A DNA stretch of 64,000 nucleotides from Candidatus Levyibacteriota bacterium (GCA_039738415.1 JBCLLY010000006.1:1814-65813), one strand, 5' to 3'. Positions 50,011 to 58,948 are shown, counted from the first letter of the stretch. The notes: generated by a model not told the origin, from the sequence alone. Translations and numbers: made by a program.

Positions 50011-52262
50011 CCAATTCCTAAGGTAGGAGTTAGCGTGGGAGTAGGAGTTGGGGTGGGAGTCAGGATTGGAGTACTTGTAATTCCAGTTGTGGGAGTTGGT
50101 GTTTGAGGAATTTGTGTTGGACTAGGAGTATTTGTCGGTTGATTGTTGTTATCTTTTTCTTTTTCTTCAGTTTCACTTGGCGTTGGAGTAGGGGTGGGGA
50201 TATTGCAGAGTTTTTTAGGTACCGTCCCTCTTATGAAAAATTCAGTATATGCAGATGAAGTTGCAAATTCTATTTTTAACCCGTCCTCAAAACAAACTTC
50301 TTGCGCAACTACTCCGGGAGGTTGTCTGAAGTTTTCAGTAGGTTTGCCCGCAAGATACGCCTCCATTATTTGCCTCCAGATAGGAGCTGCGCCTAATGCT
50401 CCCGCGACACTTGTCATGGGAGTATTATCATTGTTTCCTATCCAGACGCCGACTGCAATTTGAGGTGTATAGCCAAGAGTAAGTGCATCGCGGTAATTTT
50501 CAGTAGTACCTGTTTTAACAGCCGCGGTTCTTGAAATATTTAGAGCTGTTCCAAATATCTCAGAGCGTATTTTATTATCAGAAAGAATTGAGCTAATAAG
50601 AAATGCCACAGTTGCTGCTATGGCTTGTTTGTTTTTAGTTTTATTACTTAAAATTGTTCTTCCATTCTTATCCATAACTTTTGTAAATAGAGAATAAGTG
50701 TTCCATTCTCCCTCATTCGCAAATGTTGCGTATACATTCGTCATCTCAATTAGAGGAACCTCCGCAGACCCCAAAACAAGCGGAAGACCATAATCTATAT
50801 CATCTTTAAGAGTTGTAATACCAAGATCTTTTGCAACCTCTATGCCTTTTTTAACTCCCAGCATATTCATAACGTGAACCGCCGGGATATTAAGAGAATT
50901 TGCTAAAGCAAAACGTACAAGAACTTTACCTCTGAAATTATTGTCATAATTTGCAGGAGTATAGTTGCCAAATGAAATTTTTTCGTCCTCAAGTTGAGTA
51001 GATGGAGTTATTAGTCTTTGCTCAAGAGCACCTGCATAAATAATAGGTTTAAAAGAAGAGCCGGGCTGGCGGGGGGCAACTGCCATATTGATTCTGCCCG
51101 TAATTTCATCATTCCAGTCATAGCTTCCAACGAGTGCGAGTACTTCGCCGGTTTTTGGGTCTATTGCGACTGCAGCACCGTTGCCTACCTTTGAACCTTT
51201 AAGTCTTTTAACTTGTGCTTTAACAGCGCTTTGAGCTGATTTTTGTAAGCTGAGGTTAAGTGTAGTTTTGACCACTAATCCGCTTCGTGCGACGTGCTGC
51301 TCTCCAAACTCCTTAATCAAAAGGTCTTGAATCATCAAGGCAAAATGTACAGCATCCTCATTTATGTCAACTGTAGTTGGGTCTAGTACTATTTCCTCCT
51401 CTTGTGCCACAATTTTTTCCTCCTCAGTTATAAAACCTTGCTCTTCCATTAATTTTAATATTAGATCCTTTCTCCCTAGCGCTGCTTCAAAATCCCCTGA
51501 AATTGGAGAGTAAAATGAAGGGGCTCTGATAATCCCCGCAAAAAGCGCGCTTTGGGCAAGAGTTAAATCCTTTGCGTCTTTAGAAAAGTATCTTTGGGAA
51601 GCATCCTGAATTCCAAAAGCCCCTTGCCCATAATAGTTTGTGTTTATATATAATTCCAAAATATCGTCTTTTGAATAACGCCTTTCAAGCTCGAGTGCGA
51701 GTACTAGCTCCTGATATTTTCTCAAAAGCCTTCTGTCCGGGGATAGAATCGCATTCTTCATGAGCTGTTGTGAGATAGTAGACCCACCCTGAATTGAGGA
51801 TTGAGAAAGAAAATTTTCACGAATCGCACGGCCAATTCCTCTTATAGAAAAACCCGGGTGGTTGTAAAAATCCCTATCTTCAACTGCAACAAAAGCTTTC
51901 CCGGCGTATTCCGGCAAGTCGTTAAGAGAAATTGAGTTTTTGCTACTACCACCAAATAGTGTAAAGAAAGGTTTATCATTTCTATCAAGTAAAACTACTC
52001 CCTGATTTTTTTTATTTAATATTCTTTCTTTTGAGGACAAATCTCTGACAAAGTAAAGATATGTAGCAATAGGAATTAAAATTATAATTACTAGAGAAAT
52101 AATTATCGCGTATTTTAGAGGCTTCCGCCCTTTTATGATAATGAGCTTTATGTCCTCCCGATTAAGATTGCGCAGCCGCAAGTACTTCTGCTTTATGTAG
52201 GGTTTGTCTATTTTCCGGATGAATTTAACTATTTCCCCAAGTTTATTTTTTATCTTATTCAT
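49998..52262 (-). CDS. bifunctional penicillin-binding protein 1A (GT51 transglycosylase plus transpeptidase) with a Pro/Thr-rich C-terminal tail
   Basis: EDRDFYNHPGF (GT51) and the SSFKP active site. The tail is PTPTPTPSETEEKEKDNNNQPTNTPSPTQIPQTPTPTTG.... Confidence 0.9.
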   Translation of the reverse strand: MNKIKNKLGEIVKFIRKIDKPYIKQKYLRLRNLNREDIKLIIIKGRKPLKYAIIISLVIIILIPIATYLYFVRDLSSKERILNKKNQGVVLLDRNDKPFFTLFGGSSKNSISLNDLPEYAGKAFVAVEDRDFYNHPGFSIRGIGRAIRENFLSQSSIQGGSTISQQLMKNAILSPDRRLLRKYQELVLALELERRYSKDDILELYINTNYYGQGAFGIQDASQRYFSKDAKDLTLAQSALFAGIIRAPSFYSPISGDFEAALGRKDLILKLMEEQGFITEEEKIVAQEEEIVLDPTTVDINEDAVHFALMIQDLLIKEFGEQHVARSGLVVKTTLNLSLQKSAQSAVKAQVKRLKGSKVGNGAAVAIDPKTGEVLALVGSYDWNDEITGRINMAVAPRQPGSSFKPIIYAGALEQRLITPSTQLEDEKISFGNYTPANYDNNFRGKVLVRFALANSLNIPAVHVMNMLGVKKGIEVAKDLGITTLKDDIDYGLPLVLGSAEVPLIEMTNVYATFANEGEWNTYSLFTKVMDKNGRTILSNKTKNKQAIAATVAFLISSILSDNKIRSEIFGTALNISRTAAVKTGTTENYRDALTLGYTPQIAVGVWIGNNDNTPMTSVAGALGAAPIWRQIMEAYLAGKPTENFRQPPGVVAQEVCFEDGLKIEFATSSAYTEFFIRGTVPKKLCNIPTPTPTPSETEEKEKDNNNQPTNTPSPTQIPQTPTPTTGITSTPILTPTPTPTPTLTPTLGIGDGD

Positions 52263-52466
52263 GAGAATGTATATTTTAACATTTTGAGCCTATTCTAGCC
52301 AAAAGTCAAATAAATTTGAATTTATTTGCAATGCTACGATTTGGCACAAAATCCTAAAGTCGGGTTGGAATGAGTTAAAAAAGAAGCCTTTTTCTATAAG
52401 TACCTATTGTCAATCTCAGCTTGCACTGAGCTTGCTCGCCTCGCTGAGTCGAAGCGGGCCAAAGTG

Positions 52467-52540
52467 TGAGCCGACTGGGACTCGAACCCAGAACCAAAAG
52501 CTTAAAAGGCTTTTGCTCTACCAAATTGAGCTATCGGCCC
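52467..52540 (-). tRNA. tRNA-Lys (TTT)
   Basis: Sense strand GGGCCGA-TA-GCTC...GAGC-A-AAAGC-CTTTTAA-GCTTT-TGGTT-CTGGG-TTCGAGT-CCCAG-TCGGCTC-A. No encoded CCA. Confidence 0.9.
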
Positions 52541-52688
52541 GCTCGCAATCGTATTAATATTGAAAATATTAGAAGAGCGTAACTGTAATTTTATCAAAAT
52601 TAGACCTCACACGCAATGAAGTTATTTGACAAAACATTTTATTTTTTTAATACTGTTTATAGTATATAACTGAAAGGAGGTGAATTAC

Positions 52689-53345
52689 ATGCAGGATATA
52701 AATAATACATTAATAACAACACTTAACAGTAGTATCGAGACAATTGTCACTTTTGCTCCTAAATTTGTCCTCGGCTTAATCTTTCTTTTAGTCGGTATTA
52801 TAATTGCCGCTTTCCTAAAACAAATTCTAAATGAACTATTTAGGTTTTTTAAGGTCGAGACTTATTTGGCAAAATATGGAGTCCCTGAATCAAAAGACGG
52901 GGCTCAGTGGAGTACGATAATTGCAGAAATAGCCAGATGGTTTGTGATTGTAGCCTTTCTTATTCCTACCGCAGATGTATGGGGGTTAGGGCGCTTTGCG
53001 TCAGTTCTAGACGGGTTGCTTTCATATTTACCAAATGTATTCGTGGCGGTGTTATTACTGCTTGTTGGTTTTGTAGTTTCTAGACTTGTTCACGATTTGG
53101 TTCTCGCTTCGGTACGTGGACTTTCGAAAGAATCTGCAAAATCTGTTGCACTTGTTGCCAGATATGCAGTAATAATATTTGTGTTGCTAGTAGTTTTAAA
53201 TCAGCTAGGAATAGCAACTGATTTAATAAGAATTTTATTTAGCGGGATAATTGCCATGCTAGCAATAGCAGGAGGACTCGCTTTCGGACTTGGTGGAAAA
53301 GATGCGGCAAAGGAAACAATAGAAAAACTCAGGAAAAGACTTTAA
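52689..53345 (+). CDS. membrane protein with repeated conserved TM-helix units (mechanosensitive-channel-associated TM_helix type)
   Basis: SD GGAGGTG lies 7 nt upstream of the ATG at 52689. Four hydrophobic helices with a repeating pattern. Family call is tentative. Confidence 0.5.
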   Translation: MQDINNTLITTLNSSIETIVTFAPKFVLGLIFLLVGIIIAAFLKQILNELFRFFKVETYLAKYGVPESKDGAQWSTIIAEIARWFVIVAFLIPTADVWGLGRFASVLDGLLSYLPNVFVAVLLLLVGFVVSRLVHDLVLASVRGLSKESAKSVALVARYAVIIFVLLVVLNQLGIATDLIRILFSGIIAMLAIAGGLAFGLGGKDAAKETIEKLRKRL

Positions 53346-53360
53346 AAATTCTTATTTTGG

Positions 53361-53400
53361 AAAACACACCTGGAATAATTTTGGGTGTGTTTTCTTTTTT
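53361..53400 (+). terminator. rho-independent terminator
   Basis: AAAACACACC-13 nt-GGTGTGTTTT followed by CTTTTTT. Confidence 0.8.
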
Positions 53401-53483
53401 AAGCTGTGGGATTGTAGAAAAGAGCTAATTTTAATATAATTGGCTAGATTTAATACTTGGATCTTAGGTCTTAAGTCTTTTTT

Positions 53484-53555
53484 GGCCCGTTCGTCTATCG
53501 GTTAGGACGCTAGACTTTCACTCTGGCAAGGGGGGTTCGACTCCCCCACGGGTCA
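53484..53555 (+). tRNA. tRNA-Glu (TTC)
   Basis: Acceptor GGCCCGT/ACGGGTC, anticodon arm CTAGA-CTTTCAC-TCTGG, T arm GGGGG-TTCGACT-CCCCC. No encoded CCA. Confidence 0.9.
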
Positions 53556-53621
53556 CATTTTAATCAAGGGGAGAAGAAGTTTACCCTGCTGTGCCCGCCT
53601 CTGCAGGGAGCTTGTGCAAGG

Positions 53622-53640
53622 GAGTCCCAGTCGGCTCACA
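53622..53640 (+). repeat. 19-nt copy of the tRNA-Lys 3' end (GAGTCCCAGTCGGCTCACA), att-like and inverted relative to the gene
   Basis: Exact reverse complement of 52465-52483 (T-loop to 3' end of tRNA-Lys plus 2 nt). Marks the left edge of the accessory region. Confidence 0.8.
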
Positions 53641-53711
53641 AATAGGGTTTTGGAGGTTGGATTTCAGAAGCAGATATACAAACTGACTGGCAGGAATGTA
53701 AAAAATGGAAT

Positions 53712-53891
53712 ATGGAAACAGAATCTTTACTTTTAACTGGGATTCCCGGTAAAGAGGGTATAAAAATGACGGAGGAGCAGATGGGCTATTTGAATGATTG
53801 GGATGTATGGCTTGAGGAAATGTGTATTCAGTTAGAGAAAGATAAGTCTCATATTGTAAATGAGTTTGATAGAAGGCAATTTGAAAAATAG
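53712..53891 (+). CDS. small hypothetical protein (59 aa)
   Basis: ORF METESLLLTGIPGKEG...RRQFEK, just below the track cutoff. Followed by a same-length ORF that also starts ME.ES. No SD. Confidence 0.3.
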   Translation: METESLLLTGIPGKEGIKMTEEQMGYLNDWDVWLEEMCIQLEKDKSHIVNEFDRRQFEK

Positions 53892-53897
53892 AGAAAT

Positions 53898-54077
53898 ATG
53901 GAAAGAGAATCTAAAATAACATACGAACAAATAAGTGATAGTGTGCCTATGCTTGCAGAACAAGCCTATCATTTGCATGAAGAAATTGACCTAGACGTTG
54001 AACTTAAAAGAAGGAAAGAACAAGAGGCTTGGGAACGTAGACAATATGGAAATGATATATGTGACTTCCTAATTTAA
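53898..54077 (+). CDS. small hypothetical protein (59 aa)
   Basis: ORF MERESKITYEQISDS...DICDFLI. Its last ~45 bp are duplicated in degenerate form at about 54071-54118. Confidence 0.3.
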   Translation: MERESKITYEQISDSVPMLAEQAYHLHEEIDLDVELKRRKEQEAWERRQYGNDICDFLI

Positions 54078-54434
54078 AAGAAGGAAAGATTATGCGATTT
54101 GGGAGCGTAGACAGTATTAAAAGTGATGCTTTGACTGTACTGTAGGTTCTTTAAAGCCGTCGGAAATCCCGACAAACTGAATTTTCATCCAATTCTCCCT
54201 CCAAAGGCGGGTAGACAAGAACCTTGGAATGAACCATAAATTTGCAAGTTGGCTGTAGATTAATTACTTAAATCCCAATTAATCAAGGTATTTTAAAAGA
54301 CTTAGAGAACAGCGGTGGGCTCAAATACCGCGCCGCATCTAGACATGCTTGGCTTATACGCGAGGGAATATGCCCAGTCTGATTAATTCTTCTTTTCTGA
54401 ATCCTTCCGTGAAATTTGGAGTTACTAAGGATTG

Positions 54435-55073
54435 ATGCATTCTGGCACGGTTTGTATTGCTTTTGGTTCAAATGAGGGTATAATTTCACTTATGGTCGAA
54501 AATTCTATTCATGAAAAAGCAATGCTCCTTATAAATGGGGAGCAAAGTGAGTTTGTAAGTAAAATTGAGGAAATTATTGCAATTTCTAACCTTGTTGGCA
54601 AACAAACTGAAATGGGAAATTGCGTAATGCAATCATTTCTATTAGGTGAACTTTGCTTAAAGCCTGATGTTGCAAAACAGCTCTATCCCGATCTTGGCTT
54701 AGACCAAGCATTGAAAAATACAGGATCCGTGCGTACTAACTTTAACAGTAGAGTTAAGCCACATGGACTTAAAATTGGTCAAGAACATTCTCCGACTACA
54801 TATTTTTATGAACTAATTGAACCAGCGGATAAAGTTAAAAAGAAAATTAGAGAAAAGCCTACGGAACATATACTTTCAATGCAAATGATCGCAGGAGTAA
54901 GTGTTCCACTAATTAGGGACCATAACCATCATTGGGTAATAGCCGAAGCAAACGGGCCAGTTTCTGATGGTAGATGTAAGGGTTGTGGAGAACACCGTGT
55001 ATACCGAAATTCGCTATCTGAGGAACAAATAAATCCCAACAGGAATTTCAATAGGCATTCCCGTCGAGACTAA
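54435..55073 (+). CDS. hypothetical protein with a C-terminal CxxC motif
   Basis: Long ORF. Start is uncertain (ATG at 54435 or 54492). The C-terminus DGRCKGCGEHRVY carries a single CxxC. No family recognised. Confidence 0.45.
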   Translation: MHSGTVCIAFGSNEGIISLMVENSIHEKAMLLINGEQSEFVSKIEEIIAISNLVGKQTEMGNCVMQSFLLGELCLKPDVAKQLYPDLGLDQALKNTGSVRTNFNSRVKPHGLKIGQEHSPTTYFYELIEPADKVKKKIREKPTEHILSMQMIAGVSVPLIRDHNHHWVIAEANGPVSDGRCKGCGEHRVYRNSLSEEQINPNRNFNRHSRRD

Positions 55074-55080
55074 AGGATTT

Positions 55081-55140
55081 TACCTTAAATAGTGCACCTT
55101 ACCCTTGTCAAAAGAGGGGAACAGTCCCCTTATTTGAGTA
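55081..55140 (+). repeat. intergenic repeat family T, copy 1 (27-nt core TACCTTAAATAGTGCACCTTACCCTTG plus hairpin AGGGGA-ACAG-TCCCCT and a T-rich tail)
   Basis: The core is identical to 56972-56998. The second half is similar to 57024-57053. Terminator-like hairpin at 55115-55130. Confidence 0.8.
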
Positions 55141-55286
55141 GCATATCGACTCCATCTTCATTCCTCGCTTAAGGAAATGAATTTAGTGATAAAATTGCAG
55201 ATGTGAGGACTTATCAATCCTCTGGTGAAATTTACCCATTCGGTATTCTAAATATTCAAGATTATTGAATATAAACTAACATACGT

Positions 55287-55796
55287 ATGCAAATAAAATT
55301 AAAAAGACCAACTCTTCCGACTCTATTATTAATTCTAGTTGTCTGTGTCCTTGCGATAATTTCCATATTTCTTTTTGCTGCTAATAAAAAAAATGGGGAT
55401 TGGAAGACTTACATCAATTACCGTTTCAATTATTCAATTAGCTACCCAAAAGATTGGAAAGAAGGCAGAGTAGCAACAAATGGCGACGGTAGAGCATTAT
55501 ATAAAGACAATTCTAATGAAATCTTAGTTTACGCAAGCTATATGCTTTGGTCCTTTTCTCAGCAAGATGCTCCAATTGAACGTAATATATTTACTACAAC
55601 TAGTGGAATAAGAGCAACATCTCTTAAAGAAACGAAGAATGGAAAAGTTAAATATATTGTATTTTTTACACTGAAAAATAAAAAGGATAATAACTTAGAA
55701 ACTCAATACGTTTTTAATGTAAATGTAACTGAAAAGTTTTTTAAAGCTAATGAACAAATTATTATTAAAGTTGCTAAAAGTCTCTCGCTTAATTAA
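55287..55796 (+). CDS. membrane-anchored hypothetical protein
   Basis: N-terminal TM (LPTLLLILVVCVLAIISIFLF) followed by a soluble domain beginning WKTYINYRFNYSISYPKDW. Confidence 0.5.
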   Translation: MQIKLKRPTLPTLLLILVVCVLAIISIFLFAANKKNGDWKTYINYRFNYSISYPKDWKEGRVATNGDGRALYKDNSNEILVYASYMLWSFSQQDAPIERNIFTTTSGIRATSLKETKNGKVKYIVFFTLKNKKDNNLETQYVFNVNVTEKFFKANEQIIIKVAKSLSLN

Positions 55797-55918
55797 TGGA
55801 AATAGATTGTAAACCTGCTTTGACTTAAATAAATAAAATTATAGAAAAAATTATTAAGAGAGTTAAACATGCATATTGCTTTATATATCAAGTGGATTTA
55901 TATATATAATAAAGCTAA

Positions 55919-56824
55919 ATGAGATCAAAAAAACATATTCTTATTATTGTACTGCTTGGACTATTAGTTGTTGCCGGATACCTTATTATTTCAAGAAACA
56001 AACCCTCCAAAATAGTTAAAACTACTCCCCCAATTACTGAAAGTAAATTTGAAGATGTTAAAGCCGATCTGAATGGTGATGGAAATCAGGAGACGCTTCG
56101 CTTGTCGTATACCAACTCAGAAAGGGAACCTGTTGTATCCCTAATTGCTTTAGATAAAAATGGAAAGGAAATAGGCAAGCTTCCAACAAGTATGCCAATT
56201 AAGGTACCTATGCCTAAAAGTGGAAAAGTACACACCCCTGTTAAAAAAGACAAAAATCAATTTGTAAGTTTTGATTTTTCCGTAGGTCCCCATTCTTCTG
56301 AAACAATGTTTTTTGGTCTTTTTCAACTTAAGACTGGTGGTATGGGAGTTTTACCTATATGTCTTACCGACAATGTAAATGGAGCCTCAGATTGCCTATT
56401 TTGGTCAGGAGAGGTTGGAGAACTAGCTGCTAAAGACTTAGACAATGATGGAAACTTAGAAGTTATAGAAATAGTTGATGAATATCCTAAAGATGGTCAA
56501 ATAACTACTGACACAGAAAAGATAATTAATGATGAATTTAAAGATATGGGTCAAGATGCGGTAAGTGGAATGACTAGAATTGCTAAACGCGAGCAGGGCG
56601 ATAGGGGCAATAAGGTTGTTTGGGGAATATATAAATTTAATGGAGAATATTTCAAAGAGCAGACAGGTAAAAATTACGATAGATACTATGACTTGGTAAG
56701 TAAGCACTTGAAGGCAACATATCCCAACTACCCGACAATAATGAAAAGGAATAGTATGAGCAAAGATTCTTTAGACTACAACTTGTCTATGCGACAGTTT
56801 TGGACCCATAGCGGCGGAAATTAG
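55919..56824 (+). CDS. membrane-anchored or secreted hypothetical protein with DxDxDG-type Ca-binding-like motifs
   Basis: N-terminal TM, then DLNGDGNQE and DLDNDGNLEV motifs (FG-GAP/EF-hand-like). Confidence 0.5.
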   Translation: MRSKKHILIIVLLGLLVVAGYLIISRNKPSKIVKTTPPITESKFEDVKADLNGDGNQETLRLSYTNSEREPVVSLIALDKNGKEIGKLPTSMPIKVPMPKSGKVHTPVKKDKNQFVSFDFSVGPHSSETMFFGLFQLKTGGMGVLPICLTDNVNGASDCLFWSGEVGELAAKDLDNDGNLEVIEIVDEYPKDGQITTDTEKIINDEFKDMGQDAVSGMTRIAKREQGDRGNKVVWGIYKFNGEYFKEQTGKNYDRYYDLVSKHLKATYPNYPTIMKRNSMSKDSLDYNLSMRQFWTHSGGN

Positions 56825-56971
56825 ACAACAATCGTAATAACTCAAGAATACCTGATAGCTTCACTTTTTTACTCACAAAAATTACTGCTTTAATTTTCAC
56901 TAGAAGCTCAAATGATTCGCAGAATCTTAAACTTTACCCCAAATACTCCTTGACTTACCTCAAACACTCCT

Positions 56972-57053
56972 TACCTTAAATAGTGCACCTTACCCTTGCA
57001 CTTCGGAGATCTCAGTGTAAACAAAAAGAGGGGCGCAGTCCTTTATGTGAGTA
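56972..57053 (+). repeat. intergenic repeat family T, copy 2 (with a 24-nt internal insertion)
   Basis: 27-nt core identical to copy 1. The tail AAAAGAGGGGCGCAGTCCTTTATGTGAGTA is a degenerate version. Confidence 0.8.
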
Positions 57054-57166
57054 CTTTTGTTCGTTTATTCGAACAATTGGTATAGAAAAGCTATTAATCT
57101 AATGGTTCGATATATTAGAACAATTGTTTTAGGTTTCTAGTTTTAAGTTTTACGTTTATTCTCCAG

Positions 57167-57341
57167 CCTCAGGAGAATACATTTTATTCTATCGTTTGAA
57201 TGGATGGTTTTGTTTAGTCTAATGTTTCGATACATTAGACTGGGTGTTTGAATTTATTTGGGAGTAGAGGTGAGGCCTCTATTCAGTTTATCTCAGGATT
57301 TGGGTTTCATTGGTGAAAAGGTCTCACCTCTACACGGTAAT
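57167..57341 (+). repeat. 175-bp direct repeat R, copy 1 (two internal hairpins)
   Basis: 169 of 175 positions identical to 60428-60602. Hairpin 1 at 57216-57241 (10-bp perfect stem AGTCTAATGT/ACATTAGACT, loop TTCGAT). Hairpin 2 at 57264-57333 (14-bp stem GTAGAGGTGAGGCC/GGTCTCACCTCTAC). Confidence 0.9.
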
Positions 57342-57359
57342 TTGTATTATAATTTTTAT

Positions 57360-57581
57360 ATGCCGATTATATTTTCTGATCACGCAAAACAGCAGTTGAG
57401 AAGAAGGAAAATACCCCAAAAATTAGTAATTGAAACAATTAAAAACTTTGAGGGTAAAGGCGCAAGTTTTAAGGAGCGTAAGTTGCGGCAAAAGACGTTT
57501 GGTGATAAAATATTGGAGGTGGTAACAAAGACCGAAGGATCAAAAGTAACGGTTATTACAGGTTACTATATTAATAAATAA
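57360..57581 (+). CDS. DUF4258-like protein (putative toxin of a two-gene TA-like pair)
   Basis: MPIIFSDHAKQQLRRRKIP... The ATG at 57360 sits 6 nt after TATAAT (57348-57353). The longer track ORF reads through repeat R. Confidence 0.6.
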   Translation: MPIIFSDHAKQQLRRRKIPQKLVIETIKNFEGKGASFKERKLRQKTFGDKILEVVTKTEGSKVTVITGYYINK

Positions 57582-57583
57582 TT

Positions 57584-57784
57584 ATGAAAATGAGATACGA
57601 TAAAAAAGTAGATGCAGTCTACATTGAATTGGCAAAAGGCTTATATGATAGTTCGCGCAAAGTGTCTGATGTGATTGTGGTGGATGAAGATAAAAAGGGA
57701 AAAGTTTTGGGAATAGAAATTTTGGATGCCTCTAAAAATATTAATGCATTTGACCCAAAATCTATATCTGTAGCTACCTCCTAG
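57584..57784 (+). CDS. DUF2283-like protein (putative antitoxin partner)
   Basis: YDKKVDAVYIELAKG...GKVLGIEILDASKNI pattern. Starts 2 nt after the upstream stop. Confidence 0.6.
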   Translation: MKMRYDKKVDAVYIELAKGLYDSSRKVSDVIVVDEDKKGKVLGIEILDASKNINAFDPKSISVATS

Positions 57785-57827
57785 TTTTTTTATTCAAGCC
57801 TTAATTTGTAACGAATACAATCTCAAC

Positions 57828-57887
57828 AAAATTCGCATCCCAGCCTTGACTAGACCGCCGAGTCTAGGCGGGCCAGCTACAGGAAAG
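57828..57887 (+). repeat. junction repeat J, copy 1
   Basis: AAAATTCGCATCCCAGCC-TTGACTAGACCGCCGAGTCTAGGCGGGCCAGCT-ACAGGAAAG. Confidence 0.85.
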
Positions 57888-57935
57888 TATATCTAGTATT
57901 CAATATGAGCGTGCGAGTGTAGTGGTTGCACAGAT

Positions 57936-57959
57936 GTATGATATATCGATATATCATAC
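57936..57959. promoter_or_regulatory. 24-nt perfect palindrome GTATGATATATCGATATATCATAC
   Basis: Exactly self-complementary. Intergenic, about 160 bp upstream of the KilA-N gene. Operator-like. Confidence 0.5.
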
Positions 57960-58067
57960 AGACAAGATGGGTAAATGGGGGGAAGTGAAACTCTTTTACG
58001 TAGAGGTTTTACTTTTATATAAACATAACACGCTGAGGGTTGATGACTAAATTCTAAAAATAGTAAT

Positions 58068-58204
58068 CCAGCCTCAGGAGTGATAATATAAATAAATCAG
58101 ACAAAGCCTTTTAAATTATGAAAAGTAAAAAAATAGAAGTGAAAGGAATTGTAATTGCCACATTTAGCAAAAACGAAAAAGACTATATTTCCCTGACTGA
58201 TATG
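58068..58204 (+). repeat. 137-nt exact duplication, copy 1 (KilA-N upstream region plus first 29 codons)
   Basis: Identical to 62098-62234. Confidence 0.9.
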
Positions 58205-58945
58205 GCAAAGTTTAAATCCTATGATAGTGGAATAGTCATTGCTAATTGGCTGTCAACAAAATACACAATTCAGTTTATGGGAGCTTGGGAACAATTACAT
58301 AATCCGAATTTTAATCTTATTGAATTCCATAAGATTAAAAGTGAAGCTGGATCAAATGGATTTATTGTTTCATCCTCATTTTGGATCAAACAAACTAAGG
58401 CAATTGGAATTATCTCAAGTGCAGGTAGATATGGGGGAACTTATGCCCATAAAGATATTGCTTTTGAGTTTGCAACCTGGCTTTCTCCAGAGTTCAAACT
58501 TTTTCTTATTAAAGAATTCCAAAGACTTAAGGCAGAAGAAAGTGAGCGGCTTGAATTGGGTTGGGATTTGAAAAGAACATTGGCAAAAATTAATTACCGT
58601 ATTCACACAGATGCGATTAAAGAGCATCTCATCCCACCAAAAATTTCTCAAAAATCAACTCAAATCATTTACGCCACTGAGGCAGATGTATTAAATGTAG
58701 CTTTGTTTGGAATAACAGCAAGAATATGGCGTGATCAAAATCCAAAAAGGGAGGGGAACATCCGAGACTATTCTACTGTAGAGCAACTGGTAGTACTCTC
58801 AAACCTTGAAGGAATGAATGCGGAATTTATCCGACAAGGACTATCTCAAAGCGCGCGACTAGTAAGACTTAATATAAATGCAATTTCTCAAATGAAGTCA
58901 CTTCTTGGAAACCCAGCGGTGAAAAAGTTAGAAAAACAAAAATAG
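58118..58945 (+). CDS. KilA-N domain-containing protein
   Basis: ISLTDMAKF...GRYGGTYAHKDIAFEFATWLSPEFKLFLIKEFQRLK, typical of the KilA-N family often found near restriction-modification loci. Confidence 0.8.
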   Translation: MKSKKIEVKGIVIATFSKNEKDYISLTDMAKFKSYDSGIVIANWLSTKYTIQFMGAWEQLHNPNFNLIEFHKIKSEAGSNGFIVSSSFWIKQTKAIGIISSAGRYGGTYAHKDIAFEFATWLSPEFKLFLIKEFQRLKAEESERLELGWDLKRTLAKINYRIHTDAIKEHLIPPKISQKSTQIIYATEADVLNVALFGITARIWRDQNPKREGNIRDYSTVEQLVVLSNLEGMNAEFIRQGLSQSARLVRLNINAISQMKSLLGNPAVKKLEKQK

Positions 58946-58948
58946 TAT

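Noticed and set aside
50020-50200. Repetitive DNA at the PBP1A 3' end as a tandem-repeat element.
   Set aside because: It is the coding sequence of a Pro/Thr-rich low-complexity tail (PTPTPTP...), in frame with the PBP. It is not an independent repeat element.
54283-54489. 68-aa minus-strand ORF.
   Set aside because: Odd composition, no start context, and it overlaps the 5' end of the + strand ORF. It is probably a chance ORF in non-coding DNA.
57258-57359. N-terminal 34 codons of the 107-aa track ORF.
   Set aside because: They read through the non-coding 175-bp repeat R, which also occurs at 60428-60602 without any downstream gene. A TATAAT-N6-ATG start at 57360 gives a typical DUF4258-sized protein.
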